Source: Candidatus Obscuribacteraceae bacterium (GTDB lineage Bacteria > Cyanobacteriota > Vampirovibrionia > Obscuribacterales > Obscuribacteraceae). From it: a stretch of DNA of 64,000 nucleotides. The stretch lies in assembly GCA_044226015.1 (NCBI GenBank), contig JBGAHS010000001.1, forward strand, positions 160,001 to 224,000, read 5' to 3'. Positions 30,299 through 38,536 of the stretch are shown here, piece by piece. A program made the position numbers and the translations under genes. Within the stretch, counting starts at the first letter, position 1; every line of letters begins with the position of its first letter. The notes under the pieces were generated by a model that was given only the letters and a program-made list of their open reading frames with translations, had not been told where the DNA came from and did not search any database.

Positions 30299-31783
30299 TT
30301 AACCGAGTAATTTCACAGGCAAATGAATGATGAAGGTCGAGCCCTGTCCGAGCTGCGAATCAACGTTCACTGTGCCATGATGGCGATTGATGATTTCGCG
30401 GGTAATGGCGAGACCGAGTCCAGTCCCACCAGCTCCAGAGCGACTTCTGGCTTTGTCTGCTCTGTAGAAACGATCAAAAATATGTGGCAAGTCTTTTGGA
30501 TCAATTCCAGTTCCTGTATCTGCAATCTTTATTTCAACAAGCGTTGCATCTACTTTAGAGACATAAGCAGTTACCTTTCCGTTTGACGGAGTGTGGTTCA
30601 CCGCATTTGTTAGCAAGTTGATAATCGCTCGCTGCAATTGAATTGCATTTCCAACTACAACCAGATCTTCTGTGCAATTCTCTACATTCAAGTGCACGCC
30701 TTTGCGCTCTGCTAGCGATCTCACCTGGTCTACTGCTTCTCGTATAGTTTCAGCAATGTGAACTTCGGCACTCCATTGCAGCTGAGTGTTTGCGTCGAGC
30801 TGTGCTACATCCAATAGGTCGCGCAGTAAGCTCGTCTGTCGCTCAACAAGATTTTCAAGCGAACGTAAAAACTTATGGCGAAGTTCGGGGTCTTCAGCAG
30901 CGCCGGCTTGAAGGGCTTCCACGACTGAGCCGATCGCCATTGTAGGTGTCTTTAATTCATGGCTGGCGTTAGCAATAAAATCCTGTTTGAGCTTTTCTTC
31001 TTGTCGAAGTCTTGCGATCATCTTGTTAAATGAGTCAACAAGTTCACCAATCTCATCGCTTCTTGATGAAGGCACAAAAGCCGTTATGTCGCCAGAATTG
31101 GCTACATACTCAGATTGCGCACTCATGTGTTTGATTGGCAATGTCACGCGCTTTGCCAACCAAATACTGATAATTGCTGTGACTACCAGAGTTGCAACAA
31201 TTATCTGAAGGAAGAAAATCAAATCTGAGTTTAGTCGTTCTTTCAGCTTGGTTAGCTCGACTCCAAGCCTGATGACGCCCAGAGTCTCTCCCGGTGATGA
31301 CCTCACAGGATAAGCAAAGAAGAGCCAGTCTTGTTTTTTTGCGCGACCAGTGCGGCGTTCATCAAAAACAACTATTCCAGAAAGTGCTTCGTTGATTTCT
31401 GGTTTGTTCGATATATTTTCGCCCGCACTATTTTTTTCCGCGCTGGGATCGATAGATGTTGATTCAGCCAAAACGTGTCCGCTCTTGTTCACAACCGTGA
31501 TGCGTACATGCAATCTGCTGGCATGTCGATCAACTGCAGCCTGAATGCGTCTTGTTGCTTGAGGCGAGTCAAGTGCAAGGTCGTTATCAATTTCCAAGCC
31601 CAAATGCATAGCTCCGACTTCAAGAGCATTGCGTTGGTTACTCATTGATTCAGATTTAATTGTGAACATCGCCCAAAATGTCACGACTGCTAAAGCGAAG
31701 GCCGTGACAAGTAGGTAAGTGCTCAAAAGCTGGTTGGCCAGAGACTTTGTGAACCAGTTATAGCATTTCTGAAGTAAGCCCAT
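30299..31783 (-). CDS. Membrane sensor histidine kinase (HAMP-HisKA-HATPase)
   Basis: Two TM segments, DEIGEL HAMP, ASHELKTP H-box, NLLTNA, DTGTGI, GTGLGL. Confidence 0.95.
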   Translation of the reverse strand: MGLLQKCYNWFTKSLANQLLSTYLLVTAFALAVVTFWAMFTIKSESMSNQRNALEVGAMHLGLEIDNDLALDSPQATRRIQAAVDRHASRLHVRITVVNKSGHVLAESTSIDPSAEKNSAGENISNKPEINEALSGIVVFDERRTGRAKKQDWLFFAYPVRSSPGETLGVIRLGVELTKLKERLNSDLIFFLQIIVATLVVTAIISIWLAKRVTLPIKHMSAQSEYVANSGDITAFVPSSRSDEIGELVDSFNKMIARLRQEEKLKQDFIANASHELKTPTMAIGSVVEALQAGAAEDPELRHKFLRSLENLVERQTSLLRDLLDVAQLDANTQLQWSAEVHIAETIREAVDQVRSLAERKGVHLNVENCTEDLVVVGNAIQLQRAIINLLTNAVNHTPSNGKVTAYVSKVDATLVEIKIADTGTGIDPKDLPHIFDRFYRADKARSRSGAGGTGLGLAITREIINRHHGTVNVDSQLGQGSTFIIHLPVKLLG

Positions 31784-31938
31784 GAGAACCGGATATATCG
31801 CAGGTTGTGTACACAGCCTTAAAACTATTGGAGAAATGTGATTTCTAACCCTACAGGTATCTATAATGTCATATCACCTGGCACAAAATCCATTTCATGT
31901 GTCAGAGTGGGAATCAAATTGAGGGAGGTTCCTTCCAA

Positions 31939-32262
31939 ATGTCCAGCGTTCTCAGTGTGACCGACAACACTTTTGAGCAAGAAGTTCTCAAAGCTGAACT
32001 CCCTGTTCTAGTAGATTTTTGGGCTCCATGGTGCGGTCCTTGTAAGGCCGTTGCTCCTGTTGTAGAAGACCTTTCAAAGGAATACGACGGACGACTCAAA
32101 GTAGTTAAGCTCAACACGGACGAAAACCCGAAGACAGCTCAGGCATACTCCATCAAGGGTATTCCAAGCTTGTTCTTGTTTAAAGCCGGTGTTGTAGTTG
32201 AGCAAGTAGTTGGAGCTGTTCCAAAAGCAACTCTCGCTACAGCCGTCAACAAACATCTTTAA
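31939..32262 (+). CDS. trxA: Thioredoxin
   Basis: DFWAPWCGPC; GGAGG RBS before ATG 31939. Confidence 0.95.
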   Translation: MSSVLSVTDNTFEQEVLKAELPVLVDFWAPWCGPCKAVAPVVEDLSKEYDGRLKVVKLNTDENPKTAQAYSIKGIPSLFLFKAGVVVEQVVGAVPKATLATAVNKHL

Positions 32263-32486
32263 ATCGTAGTACTGCACGACAGTTAAAACGAGTTGGATGA
32301 CGCCCCGCTATGCGGGGCTGATTGCTTTGTTAAATTTTCTATTGCTGAACCCCGTGACCAAAGCGATTTGAGTCATAGGGTTTTGCCTGTATTACATCCG
32401 GGAAACTTCTTGGGTTTTACTATGGACAATTGGATGCGATTCAGGGTATTTCTTGAATAGGTGAGAAACTTGGAGCAATCGCCAAC

Positions 32487-32981
32487 GTGTTTAAAGAGCT
32501 GCTTATTTCATTTCTAGTGTGCCTGGTGATAGGCGCTATCATCAATGGTGCGAATCTTACTCCTCCCGCACCTAGCACCACGACTGAGCCAGCTGCTGAG
32601 CCGAGCGCGGTTGGGACTTCTCCTGAAGAGGAGAGCACCGAGACTTCCGCAGATAAGGCGCTCGACTCAAGTGATGCTAGCTTTGACCAAGATGTATTGA
32701 AGTCAGAAGTGCCGGTGCTGGTGGACTTTGGCGCCAGCTGGTGTGTGCCTTGCAAGAATATGGCTCCGATCATTGACAAGCTCGCGAAAGACTACTCGGG
32801 TCGGGTCAAGTTCGTGAAAATCGATGTGGAAAAGAATCCTGTCGTTCGCGACAAATATCAAATTCAGTCGCTTCCGACCTTTGTGGTGTTTCGTAGCGGG
32901 CAGAAAATGAAAGCCTACAGCGGTCAAATGCCACAAGAAATGCTCGCCGGAGTCATCGACAGTCAGTTGGGCATTCAATAG
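32487..32981 (+). CDS. Membrane-anchored thioredoxin
   Basis: N-terminal TM segment, P/E/S/T linker, DFGASWCVPC. Confidence 0.88.
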   Translation: MFKELLISFLVCLVIGAIINGANLTPPAPSTTTEPAAEPSAVGTSPEEESTETSADKALDSSDASFDQDVLKSEVPVLVDFGASWCVPCKNMAPIIDKLAKDYSGRVKFVKIDVEKNPVVRDKYQIQSLPTFVVFRSGQKMKAYSGQMPQEMLAGVIDSQLGIQ

Positions 32982-33035
32982 TTCGCCACTAAAGCATCAG
33001 AGTTCTGCTATTAGCCAGCTCCCGGGATGGGTTTT

Positions 33036-33128
33036 ATGGCTCGCTTCCAGGCGGGTTGTGTGGATCGGTGTCGGCGGATCGTGCGGCTCGCTTGCAGGTG
33101 GTTTGTGCGGCTCGAGTCCAGGCGGGTT
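33036..33128 (+). repeat. Three degenerate copies of an about 25-bp unit (GGCTCGCTTCCAGGCGGGTT..)
   Basis: ggctcgcttccaggcgggtt / ggctcgcttgcaggtggttt / ggctcgagtccaggcgggtt. Confidence 0.55.
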
Positions 33129-33482
33129 ACCGCTGTATGCTGGTATCGTTCAAGTAACTGGATTGACCCTGCCGCTGGCAGAGTTCTAGATGCGTTCAAT
33201 TGTCTGCTCAAAATTTGGAGAACGAATGCGTCTGTGACAAGTATCGGGACAAGAGCACACTAACCAGTGGACCTTTTATGGGCATTGTAAAGCGCTTTCA
33301 AGCGTGGGTGGAACATTGCTCTGGACGAGTCGTCAGCTCAAAAATCCGTTGGTAACTGGAACTGCCTATTGTTAGAGGGGTAAATACTAGGAAAGAAATG
33401 GCATTAATAGATGCGACTTTTCGTGAGTTTCAGTTAAAATATCCTTTAACGGCAGTCGAGCCGCTTTTTATGGACACGTGCG

Positions 33483-33767
33483 ATGAAAGAGTTTGCGATC
33501 TCTGTTTTCGTTATTCTGGTCTTGAGCTGTATTTTCAACAGCGTAGCTATGTGGATGGGTATTCTTCCTGAGATGCCTCCTTACCCATACGGCTCGACGA
33601 TTACTGACGTGAAATCGTCAGCACCTTCATTCGGATGCAAGCGCGATGATTTTTGCTATCCGGAGATGAATCTTACAAACGGAAAAAGGGCTACTAACTA
33701 CATAACGGATATTACCGAAACTGGAGATAGAAGCAGTGCCGAGTTTCCATTCGGTGCAAACAACTAG
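33483..33767 (+). CDS. Small membrane-anchored hypothetical protein
   Basis: 94 aa with N-terminal TM segment; 21 bp upstream of the AAA protease gene. Confidence 0.55.
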   Translation: MKEFAISVFVILVLSCIFNSVAMWMGILPEMPPYPYGSTITDVKSSAPSFGCKRDDFCYPEMNLTNGKRATNYITDITETGDRSSAEFPFGANN

Positions 33768-33788
33768 TGTTTGAGGAGCTAGAACCAT

Positions 33789-36700
33789 ATGTTAAAGACC
33801 TGGGTTAAATGGACGATACTCACTATTTGGGTGCTTGTCCTACTCTTCACCGCTTCGATGTGGAACCCGTTCACATCATTCCAAGCGCTACTGAAGTACT
33901 CAGTTGTATCGGTAATTGCTAGTGCCATATTTGGTGCCCTGGTCATTTTGATTCAGTGGTACTTATTGCTGGCAATCATATTTCCGCTGCCACCGCGAGC
34001 CGATTCTAAGGCTCCTAAGGGGTTTTGGAAGAGCGCGATGCCGTGGATGTTCAAAGATCCACCCATCAATCCTAAAGCTCCTAAAACACTCAGCGAACTT
34101 GTTGGCAATGACCAGGCAAAAATCGAGATACGTGAAGTTATCGATATGCTGGCAGTGCCAGATAGATACACCGCATCTGGTGCCGAAGTTCCGAAAGGAA
34201 TGTTATTTGTCGGACCACCCGGTGTTGGTAAAACACTCTTCGCAAGAGCGATTGCCAATGAGGTTGGCGTTCCTTTCTATGTGGTAGAAGGTTCCTCTCT
34301 AAGCGGCTTGATCATGGGCTTGGGTGTGCTTAAGATGAAGACCCTGTTCTCCAAACTTCGCAAACATGAGAAAGCAATTCTTTTTATCGATGAAATCGAC
34401 TCAATCGGCAATGCTCGCGGGCAAGACCGCGGCGGCGGCGGAATCGCTGACATGAATATGACTTTGAATACATTGCTCACTGAGATGGATGGATTCAAAG
34501 CAAGCAATTGCATGATCATTGGTGCTACCAACAATGACGCTACACTCGACCCCGCCTTGATGCGAGCTGGTCGTATGGACCGCAAAATATACTTCCAACT
34601 TCCAACTCCGGAAGAGAGAGTTGAAATCCTCAAATACTATTTGAAGAAGGTGAAAGTAGCTAGCGAAAGTATTGACTTCGAAGAAATGGCGAAGATGACC
34701 ACAAACTTTTCGCCCGCAGAAATTGCAATTCTGGTTAACGAAGCTGCTTTGATCGGACAGCGTCCTAATGGACCGGGACATGTCGATATGGCAACACTTG
34801 AGCAGGCTCTTGATCGCGTTCAGTTTGGTGCTAGCCGAACTCTCGTTGGTTCTGGCATTGAAGTGGGCACTACAGATTCACGAGTCAGGCTTAGTGACGT
34901 AATGGGAATTGATGACGTTAAGAAGGACATCGAAGAAGTCGTCGATTTCTTGAAGCATGGTGACGAACTGCGCAAGATTGGCGCCAAGATTCCAAAAGGC
35001 ATCATGCTGATTGGTCCACCAGGTGTTGGTAAGACTATGTTGGCTAAAGCGATGGCCAATGAGGCGAACGTTCAGTTCTTTGGACTCTCTGCAAGTTATT
35101 TCGTTAGCGCTTTCGCTGGAGAGGGTGCAGCGAGGCTTCGGGCCTTGTACGCGCAGGCACGCAAGAGCCCAGCAGCCATCATCTTTATTGACGAGATTGA
35201 CGCTATTTCAGGTACCGTTGACGAGACTGGCTCGCACAGAACAAGTACATTGAACCAGTTGTTAATTGAGCTTGACGGGATTTCGCGAAGCAACGTTATA
35301 ACAATTGGTGCAACCAACAATGAGACGAGCTTGGACCCTGCATTTTTGCGATCTGGAAGATTTGACCGCAAATGCTACGTTGGTTTGCCAGACGCGGAAG
35401 CTCGAAAGAAGATCATTGAGAAATACCTCAAAGATATTAAGATTCAAGCTGAGCCAGATTTGCAAAAGCTTGCTCAGCTTTGCGCGAATTTCTCTGGTGC
35501 TGACATCGCAGCTGCAGTTAACGAAGCCGCTATTGCCGCTGTGAGAGCAGGAAAGACTCATGTCGAGGAGTCAGATCTCGAAGCCGCTATCGAACGTGTT
35601 TCAGTGACCGCTGGACACAAGATGAACACCTATGGAATGAATCTGGCTAGAGTTCCTGATCTCGGAGTCAAGCTTGACGATATAAAAGGTATGGATGAGG
35701 CCAAGGCAGAAGCCACTGAGGTTGTGCTGATGCTGAAACACGCCGATAAGATTCGAGAAGCTGGATTGAAGTATCCGAAAGGTGTTCTGCTAGTTGGGGC
35801 ACCTGGAACAGGGAAAACGATGCTTGCCAAAGCTATCGCTAACGAGGCTGGCGTTCCGTTTTATGCGCTTAGTGGTGGCGATTTCCAGTCTATGTGGGCT
35901 GGTGTTGGTGCCAATCGAGTGCGAACTATTTATGAGCAGGCTCGTCGTAGCGGAAAGCCTGCGATTGTCTTTATTGACGAAATCGATGCGATTGGCGGAC
36001 AGCGAGGACGTGATCTGGGTGGTGGTGCTATTCAGGATTCCAACAAAACTTTGAATCAGTTTCTTGTGGAGTTGGATGGTTTCGGAAAACACAAGGTGCT
36101 TACAATTGGGGCTACCAATCACGCTTCTATGCTAGACCCCGCCTTGCTCAGACCGGGAAGGTTCGATCGAAGAATAGATGTTCCTCTTCCGAATCTTGAA
36201 GGGCGTGAGGCAATTATCAAGCATTACCTAAAGGCGATGAAGGTCACAGAAAAAGTAAGTGCCCTTGAGATAGCACGCATGACTACTTGGATGTCTGGTG
36301 CAGAACTTGCATCAATCGTAAATGAAGCAGGACTGATTGCTATTCGAAATGGACGTGAAACTATAAATCCTATCGATTTGATCCAAGCCATTCAGCGCCA
36401 GAGCTTCGGAATGTCTTATAGCCGACAGGTGATCATTGAAGAACTAAGGGCGACTGCTCTGCATGAAGCTGGTCACGCAATCATTGCCTACTACAGAAAT
36501 CAACGCCAGCGTATCCAAGTTCTAACAATCGTACCTAGTGGTGGCGCATTAGGTTACTTGTGGAGAGTGGATAAGGAAGAGCGTCATAGCAAATTCAAGA
36601 AGGACTACCTGATTGATATTGAAATCGGGCTAGGCGGCATGATTGCTGAGCGAATGTTCTACGGCGAAAACACTTCGGGGGTTATGAGTGATCTTGAGAA

Positions 36701-37181
36701 AGTAGGAATGATCGCTCGAAGAATGGTCACCTCATTTGGTATGGGGGCGTTTAACCATAACGTTGATAGTGCTTTTGCTGACAGTCCTTTCACGGGGTCA
36801 ATTCATGTTCCTATTAAGCCTTCTGATGAGAGTCTGCGAGAAGTGGAAATGCAGGTCAATCAAATAGTTGAAGCCTGCAGAGCTAATACTGAGCGTTTGC
36901 TTCAGTCTAAGCGCCGTGAGCTCGAATTAATTGCCGACGCGCTCTTGGAAAAGGAAACCCTCTATTACATGGATGTCGTCAACATTCTTGAACCAGAGCG
37001 TTCAGAAGTCGACATAATCAAGGAAATCGAAGCACTGTCTGAGCGCAAGCTTGTGGGTGCTTCTCCAGCGCTCGGCTTACATGGCTTCCTTGGAATTGGA
37101 ACCGGCTCCGGCTCCGGAAACGGTAATGGTGCTTCCGGAACTGTATCGAACCAAGATCGCGATGAGGACCAACAAGTCTAA
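33789..37181 (+). CDS. FtsH-like membrane zinc protease with three tandem AAA+ modules
   Basis: Two TM segments; Walker A GPPGVGKT x2 and GAPGTGKT; three FIDEID Walker B; three SRH motifs (LDPA..R.GR.DR); M41 HEAGH..SDL. Confidence 0.9.
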   Translation: MLKTWVKWTILTIWVLVLLFTASMWNPFTSFQALLKYSVVSVIASAIFGALVILIQWYLLLAIIFPLPPRADSKAPKGFWKSAMPWMFKDPPINPKAPKTLSELVGNDQAKIEIREVIDMLAVPDRYTASGAEVPKGMLFVGPPGVGKTLFARAIANEVGVPFYVVEGSSLSGLIMGLGVLKMKTLFSKLRKHEKAILFIDEIDSIGNARGQDRGGGGIADMNMTLNTLLTEMDGFKASNCMIIGATNNDATLDPALMRAGRMDRKIYFQLPTPEERVEILKYYLKKVKVASESIDFEEMAKMTTNFSPAEIAILVNEAALIGQRPNGPGHVDMATLEQALDRVQFGASRTLVGSGIEVGTTDSRVRLSDVMGIDDVKKDIEEVVDFLKHGDELRKIGAKIPKGIMLIGPPGVGKTMLAKAMANEANVQFFGLSASYFVSAFAGEGAARLRALYAQARKSPAAIIFIDEIDAISGTVDETGSHRTSTLNQLLIELDGISRSNVITIGATNNETSLDPAFLRSGRFDRKCYVGLPDAEARKKIIEKYLKDIKIQAEPDLQKLAQLCANFSGADIAAAVNEAAIAAVRAGKTHVEESDLEAAIERVSVTAGHKMNTYGMNLARVPDLGVKLDDIKGMDEAKAEATEVVLMLKHADKIREAGLKYPKGVLLVGAPGTGKTMLAKAIANEAGVPFYALSGGDFQSMWAGVGANRVRTIYEQARRSGKPAIVFIDEIDAIGGQRGRDLGGGAIQDSNKTLNQFLVELDGFGKHKVLTIGATNHASMLDPALLRPGRFDRRIDVPLPNLEGREAIIKHYLKAMKVTEKVSALEIARMTTWMSGAELASIVNEAGLIAIRNGRETINPIDLIQAIQRQSFGMSYSRQVIIEELRATALHEAGHAIIAYYRNQRQRIQVLTIVPSGGALGYLWRVDKEERHSKFKKDYLIDIEIGLGGMIAERMFYGENTSGVMSDLEKVGMIARRMVTSFGMGAFNHNVDSAFADSPFTGSIHVPIKPSDESLREVEMQVNQIVEACRANTERLLQSKRRELELIADALLEKETLYYMDVVNILEPERSEVDIIKEIEALSERKLVGASPALGLHGFLGIGTGSGSGNGNGASGTVSNQDRDEDQQV

Positions 37182-37212
37182 GCCGTCTTGCGCTAAGCAA
37201 TTAACACAACAA

Positions 37213-37250
37213 GAAAGCCCTGCACTAGTAAACAAAGGTGTGGGGCTTTC
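37213..37250 (+). terminator. Possible terminator hairpin between convergent genes
   Basis: GAAAGCCCTGCAC/GTGTGGGGCTTTC stem with two G-U pairs; overlaps the 3' end of the next gene; no clear U-tract. Confidence 0.4.
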
Positions 37251-38214
37251 CATCTTTGCCGATGTAGCCACGAAACATTCCCGGAGAGTTGAAAGGCATT
37301 GCAAAATTTCCTTTCTTGTCGAGGCAAATGAGACCACCCTCTCCGTGGTCTGGTGCGGAGAGTACACCATGAATTATCGAATCAGCTGCCTTCTGTAAGG
37401 GAACGTGCCCGTATTTGACGCGAGCAGCCAGGTCACTCGCGACGTTATACCTGATAAACCATTCTCCGTGACCAGTACAAGATACTGCGCAGCTGCTGTT
37501 GTCGGCAAATGTACCAGCACCAATAACTGGGCTGTCACCGACCCGTCCCCATTTCTTGTTGCTCAACCCGCCTGTAGATGTGCCCGCGGCGAGGTTGCCG
37601 CTTTTATCGAGAACGACAGCTCCAACTGTTCCGAGTCTGTGATCATGCGGCAAAGCCGATTTTTTTTGCGGCTGGGGATGTAATTTCTCTTGCAACTCAT
37701 CCCAACGTTTTTTAGTCCAGAAGTATTTTTGGTCTACGATCTCAAGCTTTTGCTCGCGAGCAAATTCATCAGCGCCAGCGCCGACTAGCATCACATGTGG
37801 TGACTTACGCATGACTGCGATGGCAGCACTTATTGGATTCTTGATGACGGTTGTTCCTGCTACTGAACCTGCTTCTCTCGTTTTGCCATCCATTATCGCG
37901 GCATCTAGTTCGTTTTTTTCGGCGTGGCTAAACACAGCTCCTTTTCCAGCATTGAATAAAGGGCAATCTTCCAGGCTTTTCACCGCGACCTCAACTACAT
38001 TGACTGCTTCGCTGCCTTTCTTCCATTCTTCATATGCAGCTACTAGCGCCGCTTCTAATCCTTTGTGATAGGCTTCCTGATCATTCTTGCTCATTCCCGG
38101 GTCTACCCCAGCACCACCGTGAATCACAATGACTGGAGAATCTGCAGCTCTTGCAGAACCAAATGCTGCAAGGCTGATGAGCGATGATAATAGAATTGCG
38201 GATACAAATTTCAC
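37225..38214 (-). CDS. Isoaspartyl peptidase/L-asparaginase (Ntn hydrolase), exported
   Basis: IHGGAG, LEDCPLFNAG, GTVGAV, TSTGG, GRVGDSP, TGHGE; GTG start gives a signal peptide. Confidence 0.93.
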   Translation of the reverse strand: MKFVSAILLSSLISLAAFGSARAADSPVIVIHGGAGVDPGMSKNDQEAYHKGLEAALVAAYEEWKKGSEAVNVVEVAVKSLEDCPLFNAGKGAVFSHAEKNELDAAIMDGKTREAGSVAGTTVIKNPISAAIAVMRKSPHVMLVGAGADEFAREQKLEIVDQKYFWTKKRWDELQEKLHPQPQKKSALPHDHRLGTVGAVVLDKSGNLAAGTSTGGLSNKKWGRVGDSPVIGAGTFADNSSCAVSCTGHGEWFIRYNVASDLAARVKYGHVPLQKAADSIIHGVLSAPDHGEGGLICLDKKGNFAMPFNSPGMFRGYIGKDGKPHTFVY

Positions 38215-38536
38215 GGCTGCACCTGGATAATGATTAACGCTGAGCACAAACAACTTGTGCCGGAATCGAGTCAATGCAGCATATCAACACTCACTGCAAC
38301 AGGCTTTAAAGTTCCTTTAGAACTGGTTTACGGCTACTAAGTTTCTGGTCGGAGGTTTGTGATTTCTTCTGAGCAGAATCTAAATGTGCTTTTGCAAGTT
38401 CAACTTTGCAGATTCTCTATACTCATTTCCACTTGAACATGGAGCCCATTCCTGCGGATCCGGTTGAGCCTGCTACCAGTAAGTATGGGGATCACCTTGA
38501 ACATGGAGAGTAAGAATTCAAAAGGAAAAGGGAGTA

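Noticed and set aside
38330..38530. 6S RNA-like element (CTTGAACATGGAG twice, at 38432 and 38496)
   Set aside because: I could not build the long rod-like 6S structure by eye; only a 13-bp direct repeat is supported. An Rfam scan would settle it
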